Shown: positions 20,467 through 32,287 of the stretch, in pieces
Layout of the letters: the number at the start of each line of letters is the position of its first letter
How positions within the stretch are numbered: the stretch's first letter is position 1
Origin: Jimgerdemannia flammicorona
Lineage: Eukaryota
DNA: 39,201 bases
Direction: 5' to 3'
Assembly: GCA_003990765.1 (NCBI GenBank)
Contig: RBNJ01000149.1
Coordinates: 1 to 39,201 of the forward strand
Notes under the pieces: generated by a model
The model's database searches: none
What the model was told of the DNA's origin: nothing
The model's input: only the letters and a program-made list of their open reading frames with translations
Made by a program: the position numbers and the translations under genes

Positions 20467-23400
20467 GTTGAATAGTCTTGATGGGGGTGTTTCAGGATGT
20501 TATTGAGAGTGCATTGGTATTGGTGTTGGTCTTTCCTGAGTGGTGCTTGATGGTACAGTCATACTATTGTAGCCTGTAGATCTATCTGGCATATATTTCT
20601 TTGGAGTTCAGAGTGTGGAATAGCTAGGCAAGAGTGGAATGGTCTGTTTGAATGGTGAAGTATTTCCCAGCTAGGTAGTAGTGGAACTTGTCTACTGCCC
20701 AAACTACTACTAAGCATTCGAGCTTGCATGACTCGTAGTTCTGTTCTGCTCTGCAGGTACCTCAGCTTGTATAAGAGATGACATATTCATGTCCATCTTT
20801 CTTCTGAGCTAGGACTGCTCCAAGTCCTATAGTACTTGTATCTGTCTGTAGGATAAATTCTAGGTTCCAATCTGGTCTTCTGAGGATAGGTGCTTGGGTC
20901 AACCTGGTCTTGAGTTTATTGAAGATTTCTTGGCGCTCTTTGGTCCATTCAAATTTGGTCTCCTTCTTCAGTAGCTCATAGATAGGTGCTACAATGTTGG
21001 AGTATCTTTTGATAAATCTTCTGTAGTAGCTGGCCAGTCCAAGGAAGGTGTGGACTTCTGTGATTGTTCTGGATCTTGGGTAGGCTACAACAGCCTCGAT
21101 CTTCATAGGGTCTGTGTGGATTCTGGTCTGATTGATGAGGTGTTCTAGATAGGTGATTTCTTGAGCTGCAAACTTACATTTCTTAGGCTTAATGTAGAGG
21201 CCATGTTTCTTGAGCTTCTTGAGGGCTAGCTGTATGTGATTGACATATTCCTGTGCATTGTTGCTGAAGATGATCACATCATTAATATAGACAAAGAGCT
21301 ATTTTCCAATCTCATTGCTGAAGACTCTGTTCATCATTCACTGAAAACTTGCAGGGGCATTGCACATTCCAAATGGCATTTGCAGATAGATATAGGTGGC
21401 ATTAGATATAATGAAGGCTGATTTCTCACTGGTATCTTGAGTGAGACCAATCTGATGGAAGCCTGAGAACAGATCCAAGGTGGTGTAGTATTTGGCTTCG
21501 CTTCCAAAAGTAGTAAGAATTTCTTGAATATTTGGTAAGAGTTGTCTATCCTTCTTGGTGATAGCATTGAGTTTCCTATAGTCAATGCAGAGTCTTGGCA
21601 CAAACTCTCTAGGCTTGCTTCCTTTCTTTAGAGCAAGGATAATGGGTGAGGCCCAGGGGCTGATAGCTTGCTTGATGATTCTGGCTTCTTCCATTTCCTT
21701 GAGTTCTGCTCACAGCCATTCTCTATAGGCAGGTGGTATGGGTCTGGCTTTCTGGTAGATGGGCTTGGTATCACCAGTATCAACTTCATGGTAGTACTTG
21801 AGTTCTTGATTGTAGATATCCCTGAAGTCTGTAGCAAGTACTCCTTCATTCTAATGCAGGATCTTGAGAAGTTGTTCCTCTAGAGGAAAGTTTTTTCCAA
21901 TAGTGTATGTATGCTTGATCTGATCCTTATCTTTCTTATATTCAAGTTTGGTAATCTTGGTAGCAGTATAGACTCCTCTTCCAGTAGATCCAAAGCCTTA
22001 TTCTCCTCTCTTGGTCTTGATGTGTTTGATAGCTTCAATGATCTTGGGTTTCTTGACTTTGTAGATCAGTATCTGGCCAATCCTGTCATACTTCTTGACT
22101 TCGAATGGAGTGGTGGAGTTGTGATTTCTGACTATGAGAAAGATCTCACCAGTGTAATTAGGGTCAATTACTCCTCCTTCAACTGAGATTTTGCTTTTGG
22201 CCAGACTGCTCCTGGTCTTGATAATTCTGGTATGATTTTCTGGTAGCTTGACTCCAATTCCAGTGCCAAGTAGGGTGGTGGTCTGTGGTTCAAGGGTAGT
22301 ATCTTGAATGCTGGCAAGGTCCATTCCTATAGCTCCTTTAGTCTTGTATTCTGGGATCTTGGCTTTGGGGTGAAACTTCTTGACCTTGAGGGTGATGTCT
22401 GATTCTTGTTCCTCCTCATCATCACTGTCAGCTTGGAGCTCTGGGGTTTGGTCATCTTCTTTGGCTTTCCTTTTTGCTTCAGTGGCTTCTTGCTCATATT
22501 TCTATTGGTAGATTTTCCTGACTTCACTGATACAGGACCAGCAGTCATTCAGGTGTTTGGAGCAGTACATCCTAGTACTATGGGGCATCTCTCTTGAGGG
22601 ACATACCCATCAATGATCTTGTTATATGTACCACTGCTCATCTGTGAGCTTGGGTGTCTTGTTCTTGTTCATATTCTTATTTACCGAGTATATGAAGATC
22701 TCTGTGTCTTCTTCATCTCCTTCCTCTATGTCTGGTAGAACTCCTTTGTGAACATTGATAGAGACTCATACCTTTCTTCCTCTATAATTGATCTGCATCT
22801 TCTGGGCATTGAGGTCAATGATGGCCTTGACCTTGTGAAGTCATTGGTTGCTAATGAGGATATCATAGTTAGTGGCACTTGTGACAATCACATCTACTGA
22901 GATAGTAGCTCCTCCTATCTTGATGGAGACTTCTCAGATTTTGCCAAGGGGGGTAGCTCATGTACCATCTGCTATGATATAGACCATCTTTGTGGACTCT
23001 TCAATGTCTCAACCTAGGCAGTCAATTGCCTTCTTACTTATGAGGCATCCTCTAGCACCAGTATCAATGATGGCATCAAAGATACAGTCTTCAATCTAGC
23101 AGAGAGTATAGGCTGATGTCTTGCACTGGTCTTCGAATTCTTCACCTGAGTTCTCAGATTCTTCCTGTGCATTGTAAGCTTCTACAATCTTGTACTCTTG
23201 ATTCTTGGCAGTAGTTGTAAGTCCTACTCTCAACTGCTGTCTGAAGGCAGGGACTTCAGCTAGCTGTCCAAAGGTAGCATTGACCTTCTGTTCCTTGAGA
23301 TCCTTGTAGATATCATACTGGTGGATCTTGGTCTTGTGTAGCTTCTGTTCCTTCTTGCTTGCACTTTTTCCTGAGACTGGAGTAGTGCCTTCAATAATTT

Positions 23401-24487
23401 GGCAGGCAGCTTTATCTAACTCTATATCTTGATCAATCTCCTCAGGTTGGGTCTTGCCTTGAATAGTGACAGCTGGGGTCTTCTTTGGTCTTCCAACTGG
23501 CTTGCTATTGCTCTTCTTGTCATAGGGCTTGGACCAGGTTCTGGTATCTTCAGTAGTAGGGTAGAATTCAAGCTCCTCATAGTATTCTTCATTATCAGTG
23601 TCACCAATCTCCTTGATGACTACTGCATTGGTTTGTTCTCTGGTTCTGCTAGCATTGCTTGGTTGGGCCTTGCATCTTGTTTCAGTCATACAATTCTTTG
23701 CATAGTGGCCTTCTTCTCCACATCTGAAGTATATGATATTGCATTCTTCTATAGCAGCTGCAAATCTCTATACTGGTTTCCTGTTGGTGCTTTGGACTTC
23801 TCTAACAACATCACCAAGGTGTGCAGTCATCTTGGCAAACTGCTTGGCAAGTTCCTCCACTGGGTCAGCTTTGGCTGTCTTAGGGGTAGATGAGATTGGT
23901 TGTCTGTTTACAACTGTAGCAGGTATGATACTAGTTGACTTTGATGGCTCTATCTTGATGCCAGTTATTTTCTCCATTGAGTGTTCAGTAGAGTGTCTGG
24001 CAGTCCAATATCTCTGTACAAAGACCACTTTCTGATCAAGGGTCAGTATAGCTGAGATAGACTGGATTACTAGGGCAATTTCAGAGTGAACTCCTTTGAG
24101 GAAGGTTGAATCTACTATTTGTTCCTTGAGGTGGTCATCATAGCCAGCCAAGACAATCTGATAGCAGATTCAGATATAGAATGAGTTGGGATCTTCACTA
24201 AGTCCCTGGCAGATAGTATTAAGTTGATCCTTGAGAGCTTGCTTGATCTCTTCGGTATAATATGTTGTTCTGAGGAAGACCTTCATGTTAGTAAGTTTGG
24301 CTGCACCAGTATCAGCAATAGTGGCTGCATTGAACTTGTCTCTGGCAGGTTCTCTGAGGCTGACTAGTAGAAGGGCCAATTGAGCATCCACACCAAGAAC
24401 TCATATGGCAGCAAATTGTTCAAAGTCTTCAATGAAGGTCAGGATTGACTCTTCAGTAGTATATTCATAGAATGTGGGGGAGTGCAT
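20459..24487 (-). pseudogene. gag-pol: gag-PR-dUTPase-RT-RNase H of element B in one reading frame
   Basis: All minus-strand ORF-track pieces from 24619 to 21277 share a frame; knuckle (Y/C)FRCGEEGHYAKNC (~23690-23731), protease IIDTGA (~23055-23072), RT SPWASP, RLCIDYRKLN, LDLFSGFHQI, MPFGMCNAPASFQ, VYINDV, RNase H LQTDTSTIGLGAVL. Confidence 0.92.
21979..22390 (-). pseudogene. dut: dUTPase domain of family B, between protease and RT
   Basis: KKFHPKAKIPEYKTKGAIGMDL, TRSSLA, GGVIDPNYTGEI, DRIGQI, RGE*GFGSTG: all five trimeric dUTPase motifs. Confidence 0.95.
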
Positions 24488-24593
24488 TTCTATCTTATCT
24501 TGAATTCTTACAGGAGTGACTCTTGTAGTCAGGGTAGTTGTTGTGAGGGTTGTTTGTTTTTCAGCTTGAAAGTGAGAGATTTGTCTTAAATCA

Positions 24594-24610
24594 CCAGCCA
24601 GTGGGCACCA
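24594..24610 (-). promoter_or_regulatory. Primer-binding site of element B (tRNA identity undetermined)
   Basis: TGGTGCCCACTGGCTGG begins 3 nt (ACT) after the CA end of the 5' LTR. Confidence 0.65.
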
Positions 24611-24613
24611 AGT

Positions 24614-26133
24614 TGTCATATAGTAGTTGCTGAGTCCTTCAAATATGTCAGATTCTCTTCAAGGTATATCTCTTAGACTAACTCAAGTTTGTTATAAGCA
24701 AGTTCTTATTGGAGTGCCTTCTCAAGATCTTATAGTCCTCAAACTTCTTATCTTTAAACTGTCTTATTATCTCTTAGATTGCTTGCAAGGAATTGTGTGT
24801 ATTGCACTGGGAGGAACTGACTTTATTTCAGAGGAAATAAGAGGGGTATTTATACAAAATATAATTCAATAGTTGCTAAGATATAAAGCTAAATATAAAT
24901 TCCAATAACTAAAACTATTAAGTTTCAGGGTTGGTACTGATGGTTGTACAGGTTCAGGATGCTGGTATAATTTAGTATCATATTAGAATACCAGAGCTGG
25001 AACAATTTTGCATCACCTCAGAATGCCAGTACTGGCATTATCCAGTATTACATGAGAATACTGGTGCTGGCATTATCTAGTGTAACAAAGAACTTAGAGC
25101 AGAAAGTTCAGGATCATAGGGGCTTCATCCTCATCATCACTGAAGGAGATAAGATCTGTGAACTCATTGTGTAGGTCATACATTTCACATATGTCATGCA
25201 GGATGATGTCATCACCAATGACATTATCACATTCAGCAGAGAAATCAGGAACAAGATCTGGAGCTCTCCAGTCTATGAGGTTCTCTTCTACAAAGTAAGG
25301 AATATCTTGGGGAGGTTTAATCTGGATGCTTGGGCCTTGGAATACTAAGATCAATCCTTGCAGGAATTAGTCTGGGTTGTTCTGAAGGATGGGGTGTCAG
25401 AAGTCTTCTACTTCATCACTATTGAGAGTGATAGTGGACTGGGCTTCTGTAGCCACCCTGGCTTCTAGTGCATTGATATGGTGAGATGAAAGGTCTCTGA
25501 AATCTGAGACTCTAATATACTCCAAGTTGGGGATCGACTATGGTGCATGCCTGAAGATCTGATAGATCTTCTTAGCTGTCCTCATTTCATGTATATTCAT
25601 GGGAGTGGCATCTTGTAGCTCTTGAGTACTGGTCTGTGGGAACTCCCAGTAGAGGAGGTTTCCTATTTTATACTCCTGCCACATTTGGAGGCATTTGGTA
25701 GCAATGGTGATTCTTGTTTCCATTTTATGGTAGTAGAGAATAAAGTGATAGAGGTCTGCAGTACCCAGGTTGATACTATGAGTCCTTCTTGAGTGGGTCC
25801 CCATGGCTCTTCTGATGTCTTGGAACATTCTTTCCTCAACTAAAGTACTTTGGTGGTTCCTTGACCTTGAGGTTTGGTGGGCAGCAGGTATTTCATTTAT
25901 AGTAAGTCTTTGAGCTATTTTGGGATTGGTAGTTCTTGTTGGTTGCTGCTACTGCAGTTCTTTAATCCTTCTTTTATATTCTTCAGGATGCTTGTACTGT
26001 GGTCACAATGACTCACAGTTGATCATCACTGCTCATCTCGTATGCTGTATGATCTTCTTGTGCTCCAATCTGGTGACTTGCAAGGAAAGGCTGTCTCCTG
26101 TGCTAATGTCATCATTCTGGGGTCACTATTATA
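24614..26133 (-). repeat. 5' LTR of element B (1520 bp), with second copy of ORF4 (25094-25891, start decayed to ATA)
   Basis: Direct repeat of 17377-18905, differing mostly by transitions and one 9-bp in-frame deletion near 25300. Confidence 0.93.
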
Positions 26134-26540
26134 CTAATTAGGAAATTTCATAATGTAGTTAGGAGTGGAATCTAACAGGATACAGATTTACTTAAGAGTA
26201 ATTTGTGGGTTATTAAATAGGTTTATTTGCTATTTATAATATTACTATACTAGAAGTAGTTGTGTAAAGGAATATTATAGAGAAGTGTTCAGGAGTTGTA
26301 TTCAGAAGTCTTATCTCAGATTCTGAGGTCTGGGAGAGAGAGTATTTATACTAATGGGAGACTATCTGAACTATACTAAATATAGATATAGCACTTAGTG
26401 CCTTACTAAGTCAGAATATAGTCACATAGTATAAGTGTAAACTGATATATCAAGAGATCATCTGACTGCTGAGTCAGTATATAGTCATGTCATATAAGGC
26501 TAATCTAACTATACTAATGACTGCTAAGCTATCTATAGAT

Positions 26541-27639
26541 TTAGATGTTATCTGGGTAGTCTTCAATGATATCACTATTAATGATATTATCTTTGATAAA
26601 GTAGTCATCTAAAAAGAGTGGTTCTTGAATTACTTCTCCTTATTTGCTCAGATAATAATATATTAGGACCTTGTTACTATTCCACAAGATAGTATCATCT
26701 GTCTCATATACTGAATATAGAGTTAGTGGGCAAAAGGAGAGGTGTATCATCTTCACTTTTATTAGATTTGCTATCTGTATACCTTCTATAGGTTACAGTA
26801 CTGTATGTTGCTGAGTTGTAGTAAGCTGGCAGCTATACTTTATGTTACTCATACTCAGGTAGTGGAATTGTAGGTTCAATCTCAAGGATTGTCTGGAGGT
26901 ATAGATTGTATTCTCTAGTCTCTTCATTATAGTTGAAGTAATTGGAAGTGAATGTAGATTGATACTTATACTAGTGGTCATTATTTCAATAGGTCTTATA
27001 GGTAGTTATGAACTATTGTAAGTTTATTAATAATATTAGCAGAGTGATCAGGGCTGGCAGAGATCCTTGGCTAAAGATTATATTGGTATCAGAGGGATCA
27101 TTATCTTCTGCTTCATCATTATTGAACTAAATTATATTATAAACATCCTTTATGGTATATCCAACTTGAGGCATCTGCAGAATATAGTTATTGGAGTGTG
27201 GGAAGGTTCTGTCTGTAGTTTTAATATACTTGATATACTTGTGGTTGAGTTCTTATACCATATCATCAATTTGGCCATAGGACAGAGTGGTGACTATTTC
27301 AGTAGTGATAACTTAGAGGCAGGGAATAAAGGTGCTATACTTGTAGAAGAGTTCTTGGTATTTGTGAACAATGAGTTTCTGATGTTAGAACATCTGGATA
27401 ATATTTATATTATGGTGATATTCAATCATATCTTCCAGGAGGTGGCCAATCTAGTAGTAGCTTGAGATTTGTTTAATTTGGTGGGCCTTGCTAAGCATAT
27501 TCAGGGTATTCTATCAGGCTTCTACAAAGTAGAGAGATACTAGGCTATAGATATTTATGAGAGGCAGAGGAAGTGTGGCTTGATTGACAATAGCATTCCA
27601 AATATCAGCACAGATATAATTATAGATCTCAGTAATCAT
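26541..27639 (-). pseudogene. Second copy of the family A LTR ORF
   Basis: MITEIYNYICADIWNAIVNQATLPLP...IIEDYPDNI*; colinear with 15634-16730; one frameshift near 26730. Confidence 0.75.
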
Positions 27640-28347
27640 ACATAGTTGTAGGTATATTCAAGAGTTGTTGTTATTTGTTTTGTTTGTTGTGGTTCTTTGT
27701 TTTGATATATCTGAGTACTTGATATATATATATTCAGTCCTGATTGGTAAGGTTTTGTTTGTATAAATCTTATATTCTGTAACTTTAAGTTGACTCAGCT
27801 TTATGCTCTGTAACTTTAGTTTGACTCAGCTTTGTAATCTTATATATGATTTCTAGATTTAATCTGAGGGTGATATGTAAATTCAATGGCTTGGAGGTTA
27901 TATACTTACAACTCTCTCCTTCTTAGCTTTCAACATTCTCATCAAGCTCTTCTAATTTTAGTCTAGTATTATTATACTATTTGGATAATTAAAAGTCTAG
28001 TAATGTTCATTTTTCTCAGAAAGTAGTATACTTATAGTACAGTTGCCTAATATATTGGATTCATATATTAAAGAGTCATGTATTTGATACTATGTACCAA
28101 AAGTGATTCTGATGTCATTTAAGAATTTCCTCTAAGAAATCTTCTTAAATAACTATACCTTATTTCCTACCAGTGGTATGGGGAGAATAGACTGACTTTC
28201 AGTTTTACTATTTTTCTAAAGAGTTGGTATTCTTTTGTCTTGTCTTGCTGAGTTCTTGATTTTATTCATAATAATTATAAGGGTACTTAATATTTATAAG
28301 AAGTAGTATATAGTATAAGACTGATAGGTGTTGGAATACTTGGGTTT

Positions 28348-31300
28348 CAGTTGTTCAAAGAATCATATTCTTGAACTAAGTCAGTAGTATTCTGGAGGTT
28401 GGTTTTGAGTTCTCATGTCATATCATAAATCAGATAATCTTTTTATTTAACAAGATACTTGGGATGGTTCTTGTGGTCATATTTGTTGAGGATTTGTTCA
28501 ACTTCATATTCTTCTTGGTTATTAATAATGATAGGTGCAGGTGGTTTTGTAGTTTAGTTTGGGAATAGCTTATCATTATTTTCATTATATTACTTAAGAT
28601 GTTGAACATTGAAGACTGGATGAATCTTAATAATATCTGGTAGTACCAATTTGTAGAAAGTTGGAAAGACTTATATGATGACTTCAAATAGTCCAATAAA
28701 TTTGCTATTCAGTTTTGTAGATAGTTTGTGCTTGAGGTTATCAACTTGATATCCTTAGATGTCTAGTAGAATTTTCTTCTCTGATATTAAATGTTTCTTC
28801 TTAGTAATACTGGTTGATATACTATAATTGTTGTTCTTGGGCTCAGGATAAATTCTTGATTGCAATCTGACTCAAATTATATATTTGGAATAGGAATTCT
28901 TCAATAGCTTTGACAGTAGAGAGTTTGTCAGTAGTTCTGATGAGTGTCAGAGGAGTGTTTGGGTTTTATTCTATATTGGTGAAGAACAGAGTCATTCTAA
29001 GAGAGGCTTGCTTGCTGTTGTTGTAGGCAAACTCAACTGTAGTAAGGTGTTCATACCAATCATCTTATCTATAGAAAACATAGTTCCTTAACATTTATTC
29101 CAGAGTTTGGTTCATTCTTTTAGTTTGTCTGTCAGTTTTAGAGTAAAAGGCTGTGGATAGTGCAAGTTTTATTTCAAGGTGTGTATGTAGGGCTTTCCAG
29201 AAGTAGCTAGTGAACTTCAGATCTTAGTTACTAACAATGATCTTGGGAAGACTATGATAGTAGAAAATGTTGTCAAACAAGAGTGTAGTGATTTCAGATA
29301 CTGTTGCAGTTATAATAGTTAGTTCAAAGTAAGCTTGTTTGCTAAGATAGTCCATGAAGACAACAATTGCATCTTTCCCATTCTTGGTTCAGAATAGTTG
29401 TACAACAAAGTTTATAGAGATTTGTTTCCAATTAGCTGATAATACTGGAATAGAGTAGAGTAGGCCAGGTTTTGCTAGTATTGAGAACTTGTTACATTAG
29501 TAGGCATTATAGAAAGTAATATAGGTCTTTAACTGATCTGCCATATAGGGCCAATAGAAGTTTTGGAAAATAACTTCATAGTATTTATCAAATCTTAAAT
29601 ATCTAGCTGTAGAGATATTATGACATTTGAATAGGATAGTCCTTCAGAGATCTCAATTGTTTGAAACATACAATCTGTCCTTATAGTAGATAGCATTGTC
29701 CTTTAGTTAATATTGATAATACTGAGTGTACTTGTTAGTATTATTACTGTCCAGGATTTCTTAAAGTACTTGAGCTTTTTTATTATCAGCACATACTATA
29801 ATAATTTATTTCATAATAGAGTTAGTAACCAAGTTGAAAGTTTGAATAACTTCTTTAATTGGTAGTCTGGAGATTATATCAGTAATAATATTTTCCTTGC
29901 TAGAGCAATATTGGATTTCATAGTCAAAATTGGTGAGGACTTTCATCTATCTGGTTTACTTTTAAGAAAGAGTAGTCTGGGTCTTAATATTGACTAGTGA
30001 TTTGTAGACTATCAATATAGTAAAGTGGGCTTCTTTAAGATAGGATTGCCATTTGATCAGAGTGTCTACAATGGCTAACATTTTCTTCTTATGGATTATA
30101 TAGTTGATTTTGGCATCATTGAATTTGCAAGAATAATAGGCTACAGGGTATCTTTCTTGCATAAGCACTGCCCTAAGAGTTAGGTCAGAGGTATTAGTAG
30201 TGACTTTATATAGGAGGGTAGAGTTTGCTACTTGAAGTACTGGAGTGGTTATCAAGGTATCTTTTAGCTCTTGAAAGGCTATATCTTGTTCAGATCCCCA
30301 ATTTACAAAATTGTTGAAGTCTTTTTCTTATTTTGTGATCCAGAGCTATTCTTCTTTCTTACTATACTTGGTTATTTGGATAAGAGCAGTAGTGATCTTG
30401 GCAAATTTGGTAATAAATCACTAGTAATAGTTTACTAGTTCTAGGAATAACTGGAGGTCTTTCAGCTTCTTGGGTCTGGCCTATTCCTTGATTGCAGAGA
30501 TTTTGCTAGAGTTTACTTTAATTTCATTAGGTATGATAATATATTCAAGAAATTGAATTTCCTTCAGGAGGAATTCACATTTGCTGAGTTTTGCAAAGAG
30601 TTAGTTTTCTTGAAGTTTCAGTAGCACTAGTTCAAGATGTTCAAGATATTCCTCTAGAGTTTTACTGAAGATTAGAATATCATCAATATAGATAATAACA
30701 AATTTGTCTAGATATAGGTATAGGATGATATTCATCAGTATCTGGAAGATTGCAGGAGTATTAGTTAAGCCAAAAGGCATAACTAAGAACTTGAAATATC
30801 CATAGTGAGTTCAGAAGACTATCTTATAGATGTCTTCTTCTTTTATGGCAATTTGCTAGTAACCATTTTACAGGTCAAAAGAGCTTATAAATTGTGGGTT
30901 GGTAAGTCTATTGAATATTTTATCAATTCAGGATAGTATGCAATAGTTCTTAATAGTCTGTTTATTGAGGTCATGGTAATTAATATATATTTGCAGATCT
31001 TTTCTTTTCTTGATAACAAAGAGTACTAGTACTCCATAAGGTGATATACTAGGTCTGATGAATCCTTATTCTAAGAGTTTGTCAATCTTTTTCTTGAGTA
31101 CATCAATTTCTCTTAGAGATATGTGATAGATTAACTTGAAGGCTAACTTGGCATCTGGAATAGTCTTGATGGTATAGTCTACTGCTCATTTAGGTAGTAG
31201 ACCTTTTGAGAGTTTCTTTAGGAATATGTCTTGGAATTTCTAGAGTAATGGTCTGATAGCTGTCAACTTTGGAAAAGTCTTCTTCAAGGTTTTCTGGTTC

Positions 31301-32120
31301 TCCTTTGGATGGGCAGATAGAGATAGCAAAGAGAGAGTATTTTTTGGCCAATTTCTTGAGTTGTAGCTTGTTGATGTAGGTGATCTTTGGGCCAGAATCA
31401 CTAGAACTGAGTAGGTCTTTTTTGTCTTGTAGTTTAAAGTTGTGGCATCCTTTCTTGATAGTCAGAAAATGGTTTACCCAATCAATTATCAGGTTTTCTT
31501 ATTTTAACCATAGGATCTTAAGGATTATTTTATTGTAATAAAGGATTATTTTATTGTCAGAAAGTAGTATGATCTGGAGTGTAATATGTACTTAGTAGTC
31601 ACTAATTTTGAAGGATAGGCTGCAGACTTTCTTGCTAATGATATGGGAGATTTCATCAACTATGGCAACTACTTGAATCTGTTATACCAGAGAGATCAGA
31701 ACCTTAAGTATGTTGGCTGTTTCTTTATTGATAAAGTTATCTGAGACACTGCTGTCTATTATTATCTTGATAGATGCTCTATTGACAAAAGCTCAGAGTG
31801 TAAGCAGTTTGTCTGATCTAATGATAGTGATTTTGGTTATAAGAGCTTTCCTTCTATTAGTTCTTCTTTGGGTCAGTTTATTGATATAAGAGAAGCAATC
31901 ATTGATTATTTAGGAAGAGTACATTCTAATACCATAGAGGTATCAGCCATTTGGTACAAATCCATCTTTAATTTTCTTGTAGAATTGTTCTTCCTTATTT
32001 ATAGCAGATTGAGCTGGGGCCTTATTTGATGAGCCAAATTCTCTGGATTCTTGAATAGTAGGTAGTAGTTCAGAGACTTCCTTGATTATTAGGGTTGACT
32101 CAATTTTCTCAAATAGGATC
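28348..32120 (-). pseudogene. pol: Degenerate pol of A2 (dUTPase C-terminal remnant, PR, RT, RNase H, integrase, chromodomain)
   Basis: Reverse complement of ~11146-14924; [31 protein letters not shown] motifs. Confidence 0.9.
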
Positions 32121-32287
32121 TGGTTCAGTATTGATTTCAGTTTCAGATAGAGCTATAATTGGGCCTACTTCTGGTTTAGAGTCAGATAGTTGATGAAGGA
32201 TTTCTCATCTTTCTCTGGTAATATTCAGGTTACACAATCTTTTGGCAACACTTTCAACACAGTTTCTGGAGAAAAGCTACTAGTATC

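Larger units (their letters stand above)
17377..26133 (-). mobile_element. Family B complete Ty3/Gypsy element (non-chromovirus, dUTPase-bearing), ~8.76 kb
   Basis: Direct-repeat LTRs 17377-18905 and 24614-26133, TG...CA termini, 4-bp TSD CTAA (17373-17376 and 26134-26137); the host LTR resumes seamlessly after it. Confidence 0.95.

Noticed and set aside
21668-24035. Several plus-strand ORFs of 60-154 aa
   Set aside because: Antisense shadows of element B gag-pol.
27067-27465. 132-aa plus-strand ORF, and 15607-15804 minus
   Set aside because: In-register antisense shadows of the family A LTR ORF; not open to the same extent in both copies.
31520-31557. 21-bp tandem duplication in the A2 protease and a 15-bp one in A1 (~11598-11627)
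   Set aside because: Copy-specific slippage in dead elements; no functional inference possible.
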